A DNA stretch of 32,000 nucleotides from Bacillus subtilis subsp. subtilis str. 168 (GCF_000009045.1 NC_000964.3:570001-602000); one strand, 5' to 3'. Positions 1 to 9,540 are shown, counted from the first letter of the stretch. Made by a program: numbers and translations. The notes: generated from the sequence alone by a model not told the origin.

Positions 1-294
1 ATCTAAATATTACCATGGAATAGATAGGATGATATTGAAAACTGTTTAAGAAGAGGAAACGATCTTGAATAGCATCGCGAAAACCTAAGAATCTTAAGAA
101 GTTTTGCCCCTTTTTCTTCAGGTATTGAATGTAAAGTGGGATATAAATGCAAACAAAAACGAAATGCCTTATCCACCTCGTGTCATGGCAGAAAAAGTGG
201 GGGATTTATTAGAGCGGATTTGATAATGGCGGCAGGTAAATGGGTGTTGACTTATATGTCTAAGCGGGAGACTCAAGTCTGCTCGATCGCATAC

Positions 295-328
295 AAAATA
301 CCAAGGGCCAGCAACCCTTGGTATTTTT
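295..328. terminator. Intrinsic terminator, hairpin AATACCAAGGG...CCCTTGGTATTTTTAT, downstream of ydeK (minus strand)
   Basis: Perfect inverted repeat with short loop; A-run on the left and T-run on the right, so possibly bidirectional. Confidence 0.7.
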
Positions 329-370
329 ATACCTTCATGCATTTTTGAAGTTTATGCTTAAAGGTCTGCC

Positions 371-1243
371 TTACTTTGCAAATCGCCGAGCTGCTGCAAC
401 GCACATGATAACGGCGATATTCACTGCTACGAGTGCCCAGCCCACTTTCTCGTGCAGAATCACTGAGGCAAGCAGCAGTCCAAAAAAAGGCTGGAGAAGC
501 TGGAGCTGCCCAACCGCTGCAATTCCCCCTTGGGCAAGACCTCGATACCAGAACACGAAGCCAATCAGCATGCTGAATAAGGATACATATGCAAGACTGA
601 GCAGTGCGGGAACGCCGATCGCCGACCATGAGTCCGGCGTAAAAAAGAACGACAATGGCAGCATAAGAGGAAGCGACAGAACGAGTGCCCATGAGATCAC
701 CTGCCAATTCCCCAGACGCCGTGAAAGTTTGGCCCCTTCTGCATAACCAAGACCGCATACGACAATAGAAGCCAGCATGTACGCGTCGCCAAGCGGGGAT
801 GAACCTCCCCCCTGAATGAGGGCGAAACCTGCTACTAACAAGCTGCCGGCAGCTGAGAAAATCCAGAAGACGGGGCGAGGGCGTTCACCCCCGCGCAGTA
901 CGCCGAAGACTGCCGTTGCGAGTGGAAGAAGTCCAATGAAGACAATGGCGTGTGCGGATGTGACATGCTGAAGCGCTAAAGCTGTCAGCAACGGGAAACC
1001 AATCACTACGCCGAACGCTACCACTAACAATGAAATGAGATCTCTTTTGGCAGGATGCTGCTGCCGGAAGATGAGAAGGAGACCTCCCGCCAGTACACCA
1101 GCTATCGCAGCACGGCAAACTGTGAGAAATAACGGATCGAAGTCTGACACAGCCAAACGGGTCGCAGGCAGCGAGCCGCTGAAAATGAGTACGCCTATAA
1201 AACCATTTATCCAGCCATTTGTTGTTTTGTTCATTATAATCAC
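371..1243 (-). CDS. ydeK: EamA/DMT-family transporter (YdeK-like)
   Basis: 290-aa ORF with about 10 hydrophobic segments and EamA-like repeats; divergent from a MocR-type regulator. Confidence 0.85.
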   Translation of the reverse strand: MIIMNKTTNGWINGFIGVLIFSGSLPATRLAVSDFDPLFLTVCRAAIAGVLAGGLLLIFRQQHPAKRDLISLLVVAFGVVIGFPLLTALALQHVTSAHAIVFIGLLPLATAVFGVLRGGERPRPVFWIFSAAGSLLVAGFALIQGGGSSPLGDAYMLASIVVCGLGYAEGAKLSRRLGNWQVISWALVLSLPLMLPLSFFFTPDSWSAIGVPALLSLAYVSLFSMLIGFVFWYRGLAQGGIAAVGQLQLLQPFFGLLLASVILHEKVGWALVAVNIAVIMCVAAARRFAK

Positions 1244-1388
1244 TCCACATATCTTTCTTGTTCATTGTCTGTATTTTCTTAACAAAACCAGCAGCTAAGG
1301 ATTACAATGACTATAAACTGGAATTGGCCTTTTATAAACAGCCAGTTTTCATAAAAAAATGCATACCAGTTAGGAGAACAACGCGCAA

Positions 1389-2780
1389 ATGGATATCACG
1401 CCTTTTTTGAATAGAACTCTGGATATTCCGCTTTATCAGCAGCTTTATCGGTATTTTAAAGAAAATATGCATCGGGGCCGTATTCAAAAAGGAATGAAGC
1501 TTCCTTCAAAAAGACTCCTGGCGAATCAGCTTTCCATCAGCCAAACGACTGTAGAACGTGCCTATGAACAGCTCGCTGCTGAAGGTTATATTGTGAGCAA
1601 GCCAAGAAGCGGGTGGTTTGCTGATTATCATGATTCTGATTTTGCTTATGATAGAATGCCAAGCACAACACCCATTCAACAAGAAGCAGAAGAAAATAAA
1701 CAATGGATTGATTTTCATTATGGGAATGTAGATTCTTCTTACTTCCCTTTTTCCGCATGGCGAAAAAGCATGGTCAATAGCTTAGACCAATATGGACACG
1801 AGCTTTATCGGCCGGGACATGTTTTAGGAGAGTTTGAGCTGAGAACACTCATTGCAGAGTACCTGTATCAATCTCGGGGGGTTCATTGCGGCCCTGAACA
1901 AGTGATTATAGGTGCCGGGAACCCTATTCTGCTGCAAATCTTGTGCCAAGTTTTTGAGCCGAATATTTCTATAGGGTATGAGGATCCTGGTTATCCAAGA
2001 GCACGCAAGATTTTTGAAGCCAACCGCATGAATATTGTTCCTATACCAGTCGATGATGAGGGAATCTGTATACAGAAGATCAAAGAACAGCAGCCAAACC
2101 TTGTATATGTCACACCTTCCCATCAATTTACGCTGGGAACCATAATGACAATAAACAGAAGAATTCAGCTGCTCAAATGGGCGGCCGAAAATCAATCCTT
2201 TATCATAGAGGATGATTATGACGGGGAATTTAGGTACACAGGACAGCCGGTTCCTTCTCTGCAAGGGCTTGATCAGCATAACCGTGTCATTTATATGGGC
2301 ACTTTTTCTAAGTCTCTTTTGCCCTCGCTGCGTATCAGCTATATGATTCTTCCTTCGCCTCTTTTAAAAAAGGGTCATGAAATCACGTCCTTATATAAGC
2401 AGACAGTGTCCTGCCACAGTCAGCTAACCCTAGCTGAATTTATAAAAAATGGAGAGTGGCAAAAACACATCAACAGAATGAGAAAACTTTACCGCAAAAA
2501 AAGAGCCATTGTATTAGAGGCAGTGCAAAGGGAATTAGGAGAGCATGTCAGAATCCGCGGAGAAAACTCTGGGCTTCGTATCTTACTTGACGTTTATTTG
2601 CCATTTGGTGAAAAAGAGTTAATTGAGAAGGCGAAAAAACATGGAGTAAAAATTTATCCTGTTTCTCTTTCTTATCAACATCATCCTCCTACAAAAACGG
2701 TCTCGCTCGGGTTTGCAGGGGTTTCTGAATCCGACATAAGAGAAGGCATAAAAAAACTGAAGGCTGCCTGGAAGATATGA
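1389..2780 (+). CDS. ydeL: MocR/GntR-family regulator with class I aminotransferase-like domain (YdeL-like)
   Basis: N-terminal wHTH (PLYQQLYRYFKENMHRGRIQKGMKLPSKRLLANQLSISQTTVERAYEQL) plus PLP aminotransferase-like region (EDDYDGEFRY, GTFSKSLLPSLRISYMILP). Confidence 0.9.
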   Translation: MDITPFLNRTLDIPLYQQLYRYFKENMHRGRIQKGMKLPSKRLLANQLSISQTTVERAYEQLAAEGYIVSKPRSGWFADYHDSDFAYDRMPSTTPIQQEAEENKQWIDFHYGNVDSSYFPFSAWRKSMVNSLDQYGHELYRPGHVLGEFELRTLIAEYLYQSRGVHCGPEQVIIGAGNPILLQILCQVFEPNISIGYEDPGYPRARKIFEANRMNIVPIPVDDEGICIQKIKEQQPNLVYVTPSHQFTLGTIMTINRRIQLLKWAAENQSFIIEDDYDGEFRYTGQPVPSLQGLDQHNRVIYMGTFSKSLLPSLRISYMILPSPLLKKGHEITSLYKQTVSCHSQLTLAEFIKNGEWQKHINRMRKLYRKKRAIVLEAVQRELGEHVRIRGENSGLRILLDVYLPFGEKELIEKAKKHGVKIYPVSLSYQHHPPTKTVSLGFAGVSESDIREGIKKLKAAWKI

Positions 2781-2973
2781 GGGAGCTTTCAGTTTAGCAA
2801 AACGGCCAAGTGACGACTAAGTGTTGAGAGCTGTTCAATATTTTTTAAGTATATGATGAGTGCCTGCAGTCCAGGCCACGATACGTCTGTTTAGCGAAAA
2901 ACAGAATTTTTTATTTGCTCCTCACAGTGCTAAAATAAACAAAATAGACAATTGAAAAAATAGAGGTGTAAGA

Positions 2974-3399
2974 ATGAAGTTAGATGAGTTTACAATTGGC
3001 CAGGTCTTCAAAACGAAATCATTAAAAGTATCAAAAGATGATATTATGCGGTTTGCGGGTGAATTTGACCCTCAGTATATGCATGTAGATGAAGAAAAAG
3101 CGAGTAAAGGCAGATTTAATGGAATTATCGCTTCCGGCATACAAACACTGGCCATATCTTTTAAACTTTGGATTGAAGAAGGTTTCTATGGAGACGATAT
3201 TATAGCCGGAACAGAGATGAATCATATGACATTCATAAAACCCGTATATCCGGATGATGAATTGTTTACAATTGTTGAGGTTCTTGATAAGCAGCCAAAG
3301 AGAAATGAATTGGGAATACTCACAGTATTGCTATCTACTTATAATCAAAAAGAAGTAAAAGTGTTTGAAGGTGAGTTATCTGTATTGATCAAACGATAA
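2974..3399 (+). CDS. ydeM: MaoC-like (hotdog fold) dehydratase family protein (YdeM-like)
   Basis: ORF with SD AGAGGTG; sequence FAGEFDPQYMHVDEEKA...GIIASGIQT...MTFIKPVYPDD is typical of MaoC/hydratase domains. Confidence 0.85.
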   Translation: MKLDEFTIGQVFKTKSLKVSKDDIMRFAGEFDPQYMHVDEEKASKGRFNGIIASGIQTLAISFKLWIEEGFYGDDIIAGTEMNHMTFIKPVYPDDELFTIVEVLDKQPKRNELGILTVLLSTYNQKEVKVFEGELSVLIKR

Positions 3400-3451
3400 C
3401 TCAGAAAGCCCGCTTTTCGCGGGCTCGATTGAAGCAGATGGGTGAAAGATG

Positions 3452-4024
3452 TTAGCGGGTTTCCTTTGAAAAATAAGAGGTTAAAACATCATAAACAATA
3501 GGCAAAGAAGTAAATCCCTCATCTTCTAGAAAATGACCTCCGTGCTGAACTTCATATAACGCAGCATCAATTTGTTGTGCCAGATCCTTGCTGAATGAAA
3601 AAGGCACAATTTGGTCGTCCTTAGAAGCAATGACAGCACGGTGCTTCGCGGACTCGATGATTTTTTGATGATCAAACGATCCCTGTGTAAATTCATCTAA
3701 CATCTGTAAAGTGGGCAATGATTTGGCAAAGCCGGAAACAAGTATGATTCCGCCAAGCTGTTTTCGTAATTGAAGATGTTCCAAAAATCTCAAAATGGCG
3801 GGGCAACCTAAGCTGTGCGCAACCAAATACGTATTTTCATGTAAAGTGTGCTGATATAAAGAGAGTGTATCCAGCCAATCCTCAAGTCTTGGCTGGAGCG
3901 GATTAGGCATGTTTAAAATGTCTGCTTGGACCCCATCTGCGAGCAGACGTTTTTTCAGCCAAGGGAACCAATGATTTGTTGAGGAGGCTCTGTAGCCATG
4001 AATGATATAGACTTGTTTTGTCAT
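3452..4024 (-). CDS. ydeN: RBBP9/YdeN family serine hydrolase
   Basis: VYIIHGYRASSTNHWFPWL...NTYLVAHSLGCPAILRFL...GGHFLEDEGF; SD AGGAGG upstream on the minus strand. Confidence 0.85.
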   Translation of the reverse strand: MTKQVYIIHGYRASSTNHWFPWLKKRLLADGVQADILNMPNPLQPRLEDWLDTLSLYQHTLHENTYLVAHSLGCPAILRFLEHLQLRKQLGGIILVSGFAKSLPTLQMLDEFTQGSFDHQKIIESAKHRAVIASKDDQIVPFSFSKDLAQQIDAALYEVQHGGHFLEDEGFTSLPIVYDVLTSYFSKETR

Positions 4025-4105
4025 TATTTCCTCCTAAGAAATATTTTCATTCAGTATAAAATTCCTCTCATTGGGAAACAAGTACGCACTTTTTTGTAAG
4101 TAGCT

Positions 4106-4435
4106 TTACATATGAGGCCCTCCTTGTGCCATTCCCCACTTACACATCTCATCTATGAGGGGATACAAAGATCGCCCTCTGTCAGATAACGAATACTCTA
4201 CTTTCAGTGGGGTGTGAGAAACCTCAGACCGATGAATAAGGCCGTCAGTTTGCAATTCCTTAAGCTGTGCGCTTAACATTTTATGGGTGATGAAGGGCAT
4301 AGCCCTTTTCAGCTCGCCGTATCTCATCGTTTTTTCACACCCTAACTCATAGAGAATTCTCATTTTCCATTTGCCCCCTATAAGAGATAAGGTGTATTCA
4401 AATGGGGCTTGTTTACTGCGGCACAGGCTATTCAT
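4106..4435 (-). CDS. ydzF: HxlR-family transcriptional regulator (YdzF-like)
   Basis: FEYTLSLIGGKWKMRILYEL motif; start re-assigned inside the 4106..4543 ORF at ATG 4435, which has SD AAAAAGGAGG; 109 aa. Confidence 0.85.
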   Translation of the reverse strand: MNSLCRSKQAPFEYTLSLIGGKWKMRILYELGCEKTMRYGELKRAMPFITHKMLSAQLKELQTDGLIHRSEVSHTPLKVEYSLSDRGRSLYPLIDEMCKWGMAQGGPHM

Positions 4436-4689
4436 TGTAATCAAACCTCCTTTTTTAAGTATCATATCAGAATAAATTAGGATTTTCGGTGTTGAAGTTT
4501 GAGGGCGATTCACGATCTGAAGTGAAAGGGGCCGCTTGCTCAACAGGCGGCACGGTACATGAATGTTCTAAGTCAAAGAGGGTTACCTTACTGTTAGTTA
4601 CTTTATTTAAAAAAACGCATGTTTTTAGCTGAAAATATCTATTATGGTATATTTAAATATAAAGAAATATTTGAGAAATGAGGAATGGT

Positions 4690-5562
4690 ATGAATACACC
4701 CAAAAAACATAAGAAATTTAAAGCGAAAATGATTCTCCAAATCATCATGGTTATCATTGGAGGAATCATAGCGGCATATGGACTAGAAACAGTGCTCATT
4801 CCAAACAGTGTATCTGATGGAGGGGTGACGGGTCTTAGCATCGTTGGTTCACAGCTATTCAACTTGCCGCTGGGGATTTTGATTGCTGTGATCAACATTC
4901 CATTTGTCTGGTTAGGATATAAGCAAATTGGGAAAAGCTTTGCATTATTATCAATTATCGGAATCGTATCGCTTGCCGCGGGGACAAGCTTTTTCCACCA
5001 CACACCCGCTATCATAGAAGGAGATACCCTGTTAATTACCGTTGTCGGCGGGATTATCCTTGGATTCGGAATGGGGCTGGCGCTGCGTAATGGCGGCGCA
5101 TTAGATGGAATTGACATGCTTGCTGTGCTGCTATCCCGAAAACTGCCATTCGGAACGAGCGATCTCATTCTATTCTTAAACCTATTTGTGTTTATTTTTG
5201 TTTCCACAGTATTTGGCTTACAAGGGGCATTGCTTTCAGTCATTGCTTACTACATTGCATCCAAAGTGATTCATGTTGTGGAGGAAGGCTTAAGCGGCTC
5301 TAAAACCTTTCAAATTATTACAACCCAACCTGAATTAATGGTAGAGACAATACGTGATCAATTAGGCCGAAGCGCCACATATAAAGAAGCTTACGGGGGT
5401 TTTTCCCACGAGAAATTTAAAGAAATCACATGTGTCATCAACCGTTTAGAAGAAACCAAACTAAAGGAAATTATTAATGATATTGATAAAACTGCCTTTG
5501 TTACCGTGTATGATGTAGCTGAAGTGAAGGGCAGCAATTTTAGAAATCTTAATCATCACTAA
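4690..5562 (+). CDS. ydeO: YitT-family integral membrane protein with C-terminal DUF2179 domain (YdeO-like)
   Basis: Hydrophobic repeats GGIIAAYGLETVLIPNSVSDGGVTGLSI... and a DUF2179-like C-terminus; an alternative start at 4678 is also in frame. Confidence 0.85.
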   Translation: MNTPKKHKKFKAKMILQIIMVIIGGIIAAYGLETVLIPNSVSDGGVTGLSIVGSQLFNLPLGILIAVINIPFVWLGYKQIGKSFALLSIIGIVSLAAGTSFFHHTPAIIEGDTLLITVVGGIILGFGMGLALRNGGALDGIDMLAVLLSRKLPFGTSDLILFLNLFVFIFVSTVFGLQGALLSVIAYYIASKVIHVVEEGLSGSKTFQIITTQPELMVETIRDQLGRSATYKEAYGGFSHEKFKEITCVINRLEETKLKEIINDIDKTAFVTVYDVAEVKGSNFRNLNHH

Positions 5563-5670
5563 AAAATAGAATGACCTTTTTAACCGTAACTGACATGCCG
5601 CGGGTAATTTAATCAAAAACACTTTTTTGAGGCTTGTGGGTGAATAACCGGTGAAGGTCTGAATCACAGA

Positions 5671-5704
5671 AATACCAAGGGCGTCAAAACCCTTGGTATT
5701 TTTT
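5671..5704. terminator. Intrinsic terminator AATACCAAGGG...CCCTTGGTATTTTTT between convergent ydeO and ydeP
   Basis: 11-bp inverted repeat followed by T-run. Confidence 0.75.
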
Positions 5705-5711
5705 CTGGTTA

Positions 5712-6098
5712 TTAGATTTTATCTTCAGCTTTACGTGCTGCTTCGAGCTTATCAATCCTGTCTTTATATTTTTCTCCCCAGTCCTTCATGTGCAGGATAA
5801 CAGGTTCTAATGTTCTTCCAAACTCAGTTAAAGAGTATTCGACTTTTGGAGGGACCTGTTTATAAACCTCGCGGTGAATCACGCCATCCCGTTCCAATTC
5901 TCTTAATTGTAGCGTGAGCATACGCTGGGTAATTTTTGGGTATAGTTTTCGAAACTCATTAAACCTCTTTTTACCGTCAATGAGATGATAAAGAAGAATG
6001 CCTTTCCACTTACCTCCGATGATATCTAATGTTGTCTCCACCGGACATCCTTCAAAGTCATCAGAAGAATAATCAATGCCGAGTTTACGATTTCTCAA
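5712..6098 (-). CDS. ydeP: HxlR-family transcriptional regulator (YdeP-like)
   Basis: CPVETTLDIIGGKWKGILLYHLIDG motif; TTG start at 6098 proposed because SD TTAGGAG lies about 8 nt upstream. Confidence 0.8.
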   Translation of the reverse strand: MRNRKLGIDYSSDDFEGCPVETTLDIIGGKWKGILLYHLIDGKKRFNEFRKLYPKITQRMLTLQLRELERDGVIHREVYKQVPPKVEYSLTEFGRTLEPVILHMKDWGEKYKDRIDKLEAARKAEDKI

Positions 6099-6113
6099 GC
6101 TGTTCACTCCTAA

Positions 6114-6133
6114 TAGTATACTTTTTGATACTA
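6114..6133. promoter_or_regulatory. Candidate HxlR-type operator, dyad TAGTAT-n8-ATACTA in the divergent ydeP/ydeQ region
   Basis: Inverted repeat directly upstream of ydeP. Confidence 0.4.
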
Positions 6134-6199
6134 TATACATTCAATGTGCGTACTTTTTATATTTTAATATACATCATATAATGATGTCACATCTAAGGA

Positions 6200-6802
6200 A
6201 TGAAAGGAATGGATCATATGAAAACACTCGTACTCGTTGTACATCCGAATATAGAATCCTCTCGTATCAATAAAAAGTGGAAAGAAGCCGTTTTAAGTGA
6301 ACCAGATGTAACTGTCCATGATCTTTATGAAAAATATCGCGATCAACCAATTGATGTGGAATTTGAACAACAGCAGCTCCTGGCCCATGACCGTATCGTT
6401 TTTCAGTTTCCATTATACTGGTACAGCAGCCCACCGCTTTTAAAACAGTGGTTTGATGAAGTGTTTACGTTTGGCTGGGCTCATGGTCCCGGCGGAAATA
6501 AATTGAAGGGGAAAGAGTGGGTAACTGCCATGTCCATCGGTTCACCTGAACACTCTTATCAAGCCGGCGGATATAACTTGTTTTCGATAAGCGAGCTGAC
6601 AAAACCGTTCCAAGCATCTGCCCATTTAGTAGGCATGACCTATCTGCCTTCCTTTGCCGAATATCGCGCCAATACAATCAGTGACCAAGAAATTGCCGAA
6701 AGTGCGAATCGGTATGTAAAGCATATTACAAATATAGAATTAAACCCGAAGGTTCGCCTGCAAAGGTATTTGAAACAGCTGGAGAGTGTCGATTTAACAT
6801 AA
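6200..6802 (+). CDS. ydeQ: NAD(P)H dehydrogenase (quinone)/flavodoxin-like oxidoreductase (YdeQ-like)
   Basis: MKTLVLVVHPNIESSRINKKW...IVFQFPLYWYSSPPLLKQWFDEVFTFGWAHG; real start may be 6209. Confidence 0.9.
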   Translation: MKGMDHMKTLVLVVHPNIESSRINKKWKEAVLSEPDVTVHDLYEKYRDQPIDVEFEQQQLLAHDRIVFQFPLYWYSSPPLLKQWFDEVFTFGWAHGPGGNKLKGKEWVTAMSIGSPEHSYQAGGYNLFSISELTKPFQASAHLVGMTYLPSFAEYRANTISDQEIAESANRYVKHITNIELNPKVRLQRYLKQLESVDLT

Positions 6803-6815
6803 AGATTGATTTTTG

Positions 6816-6846
6816 AAAATCCTGTACTCACCAAGCAGGATTTTTT
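6816..6846 (+). terminator. Intrinsic terminator after ydeQ (AAATCCTG...CAGGATTTTTTC)
   Basis: Stem plus T-run. Confidence 0.65.
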
Positions 6847-6892
6847 CTTGTTCAGCAGAGGGATTTTAACATATAGCAAAAAAAGAAGAAGC

Positions 6893-6939
6893 CACCAAAA
6901 ATAAGCTATTTGCTTGGTCCTGACTGCTTATTTTTGGTG
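6893..6939 (-). terminator. Long hairpin CACCAAAAATAAGC-n19-GCTTATTTTTGGTG downstream of ydeR
   Basis: Perfect 14-bp inverted repeat next to the ydeR stop codon; pyrimidine/T-rich tract follows on the minus strand. Confidence 0.5.
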
Positions 6940-6945
6940 AAATAC

Positions 6946-8133
6946 TTATTTCTCTGTGATGAAATAAAGCAAAGCGATGACCGGAAAAGCGATTCCAATC
7001 CATAATGCTGTACTCCATCCGCCTGAGGCATATGCCCATCCTCCAATTGATGACCCTATCGCACCGCCTAGAAAGAAGATCGCCATGAATAATCCGTTTA
7101 ATCGACTGCGAATTTCAGGCGCCAACGAAAAAATAGCACGTTGACTGAGCACAAGGTTTGCAGATACACCCATATCTAACAGAATAGCAGCGGCCACTAG
7201 AACTGTTATACCGACGGGGGAGCTGCTCTGAATCATGAGCGGCAGTAATAAAGAGACAACGACAACACCGAGAGCGATTCCAGTGGCAAGCCTGGTTAAG
7301 CCTCGATCAGCCAGGCGGCCGCCTATTGGTGCAGTGACTGCACCCGCAATGCCCACCAATGCGTAGAGTGCTATTGCCTTCTGAGAAAAATGAAAATCAG
7401 GACCGGACAATAATAAAGGAACAGTTGTCCAGAACAAGCTGAAAGCTCCAAATACAAACGCATGATAGATGGCACGGCGGCGTAAGACTGGAGTCGTGCG
7501 CAGCAGCTTCCACATTGAACCGAGTAAGGCAGTATAGTTTGTATTTGCTGTTGGTTTTCTGGCAGGAAGCACTTTTGATAATACGATGGCCAGGATAACA
7601 CTTACCACGGCGGACAAAGCGAATATTGCATTCCACCCCCAGATATCAGCGACTAGACTAGATATCGGACGGGAAAGCATAATACCGAGTAATAAGCCGC
7701 TCATGACATTGCCAACAACCCGGCCGCGTGCAGCGTCTGATGCAAGGTATGATGCAAATGGAACAAGCACTTGGGCTGCGATTGATCCCAATCCGACGAA
7801 AAACGCAGCTGCTAAAAACAGTGTTCCATGCTTCACAAATGCTGTTAGTGTCAAAGCCGCTGCGCTTAGAAGGAGCGATACAACAATAAGTTTTTTGTTT
7901 TCGATAATATCTCCTAAAGGGACAAGGAATAGTAAGCCGGCAACGTATCCGATTTGGGTGAGTGTGACAATCAATCCAGCACCGCTTGGAGAAAGTCCAA
8001 TTGCCTTACTAATTAATCCGACCAAGGGTTGTGCATAGTAAAGATTAGCAACAATGATACCGCATGCAGTTGCGAGAAGAAGGGTTAAACTGGGTGAAAT
8101 CCTCTGACCTGCTTGTTTGTTTCCATTAGCCAT
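6946..8133 (-). CDS. ydeR: MFS transporter (YdeR-like)
   Basis: About 12 hydrophobic segments; start re-assigned to ATG 8133 with SD AAAAGGAG; 395 aa. Confidence 0.85.
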
Positions 8134-8197
8134 ATGAATGAACTCCTTTTTAAGTGGTTTTTTGAGTGTAATCATGACTTCTCACAAGTGATTTTAT

Positions 8198-8312
8198 AAA
8201 CTGAACGTTCAGTTTCGTCGATTAATAAAAATAATATACTAAACGTTCAGTTTTGTAAATGGATTTCTGTTTTCTTTTTTTATTCAATTTAAGTATACTG
8301 AACGTATAGTTT
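8198..8312. promoter_or_regulatory. Three TetR-type palindromic operator copies between ydeR and ydeS
   Basis: AAACTGAACGTTCAGTTT (8198-8215, perfect), ATACTAAACGTTCAGTTT (8236-8253), ATACTGAACGTATAGTTT (8295-8312). Confidence 0.75.
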
Positions 8313-8336
8313 ATATTGCGGGAAGGAATGATTTAT

Positions 8337-8933
8337 GTGCAGAGTAAACGAGGGCGGCCGCGTGATGAAGGAACGCATAAGGCGATTCTCTCTGCAGCCT
8401 ATGACCTATTGCTGGAAAAAGGCTTCGATGCGGTGACAGTCGATAAAATTGCCGAGCGTGCGAAAGTGAGTAAAGCAACGATTTATAAATGGTGGTCTAA
8501 CAAGGCTGCCGTTATCATGGACAGCTTTCTTTCGACCGCGACGGACAGGCTGCCTGTGCCTGATACAGGGTCGTCAGTACAAGATATAGTAACCCACGCC
8601 ACGAATTTAGCTAGGTTTTTGACAAGCCGGGAAGGAACCGTTATTAAGGAATTAATAGGTGCAGGGCAGTTGGATGAAAAATTGGCAGAAGAATATCGCA
8701 CGCGATTTTTCCAGCCTCGCCGCCTCCAAGCGAAAGGCCTTCTAGAAAAGGGAATTCAGAAAGGTGAATTGAGAGAGAATCTTGATATTGAAGTAAGCAT
8801 AGATCTCATTTACGGACCAATTTTCTATCGTCTGCTTATAACAGGGGATGAGGTGAATGATTCCTATGTGCGTGATTTGGTGATGAATGCGTTTAAGGGA
8901 GTTCAAGCTACCTCTGCTACAGAGAGTATGTAG
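8337..8933 (+). CDS. ydeS: TetR-family transcriptional regulator (YdeS-like)
   Basis: Divergent from the MFS gene; HTH FDAVTVDKIAERAKVSKATIYKWWSNKAAVI; GTG 8337 start with SD GGAAGG is favoured over the TTG at 8316. Confidence 0.85.
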   Translation: MQSKRGRPRDEGTHKAILSAAYDLLLEKGFDAVTVDKIAERAKVSKATIYKWWSNKAAVIMDSFLSTATDRLPVPDTGSSVQDIVTHATNLARFLTSREGTVIKELIGAGQLDEKLAEEYRTRFFQPRRLQAKGLLEKGIQKGELRENLDIEVSIDLIYGPIFYRLLITGDEVNDSYVRDLVMNAFKGVQATSATESM

Positions 8934-8936
8934 CTG

Positions 8937-9232
8937 ATAAGAACTGCAAAAGCTGCGGATTATATGACAAATTGGTTCCATCGTACAGTGAAATATAAGA
9001 TTTTTGTTGCTGAGCGGAATCATCGAGGGAAAAGTTCTCTTATCGGATGTCGAAAAAGAAGTCATTCAATCGTGAATACATAACATCATATTATTACATT
9101 CCTTTTCATCGATTGGAACAAGGGTTCTATACTTCAATGGAATACCGCAAAGTTGGAGTATTTAAACAACAGGGGAAAATCGATGGCCATTATGTAGGTG
9201 TCATGGCAATGGAAAAAATACTTGCAATGTAA
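8937..9232 (+). pseudogene. Decayed GNAT (phosphinothricin-type) N-acetyltransferase remnant
   Basis: N-terminal-like TAKAADYMTNWFHRTVKYKIFVAERNHRGKSSLIG (8943 onward) and C-terminal-like GFYTSMEYRKVGVFKQQGKIDGHYVGVMAMEKIL (within ORF 9047..9232), in different frames and with the central CoA-binding region missing. Confidence 0.55.
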
Positions 9233-9258
9233 ACAGGCCTCTAAAGAGACCTGTTTTT
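9231..9258 (+). terminator. Intrinsic terminator AAACAGGCCTCTAAAGAGACCTGTTTTTT
   Basis: Inverted repeat plus T-run. Confidence 0.7.
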
Positions 9259-9494
9259 TAATATCCAGATGATTGTCTAGTTTCAGCTTGGGCTCTATGA
9301 CCACTCCCATAACTGAAATAGTCTAATATTTATACCAGAAGGGATTGTTTATATAAATAAAAGTTTATATAATGACGGGGGCGCTAAGGAAACGCGGGGA
9401 GCGACTCAGGTTTTCGTTTCAAAGTTTTGATCCTTAAGATATACGGAGCGCTACATATGGAAACGTAAAGGGGAATGTATAATCATTTGGCGTG

Positions 9495-9516
9495 TATATA
9501 ACGATTTGCTTATATA
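9495..9516. promoter_or_regulatory. Candidate ArsR operator TATATAACGATTTGCTTATATA upstream of arsR
   Basis: AT-rich dyad (TATATAA-n8-TTATATA) just upstream of an ArsR-family gene. Confidence 0.45.
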
Positions 9517-9540
9517 TTGATTTGGGAAGGAGGAGCTCAT

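Noticed and set aside
136-348. 70-aa ORF at the left edge
   Set aside because: No recognisable family, runs through a terminator hairpin, no good SD; not convincing as a gene.
327-1298. ORFs 318..746, 327..758, 885..1265 and 1035..1298 overlapping ydeK
   Set aside because: Alternate-frame or antisense readings of the EamA transporter gene; translations lack coherent composition.
295-5704. Nearly identical AATACCAAGGG/CCCTTGGTATT hairpins at 295-328 and 5671-5704 as a possible repeat element
   Set aside because: Each sits at a gene end with a T-run and has no shared flanking sequence, so ordinary terminators with similar stems are more likely than a mobile repeat.
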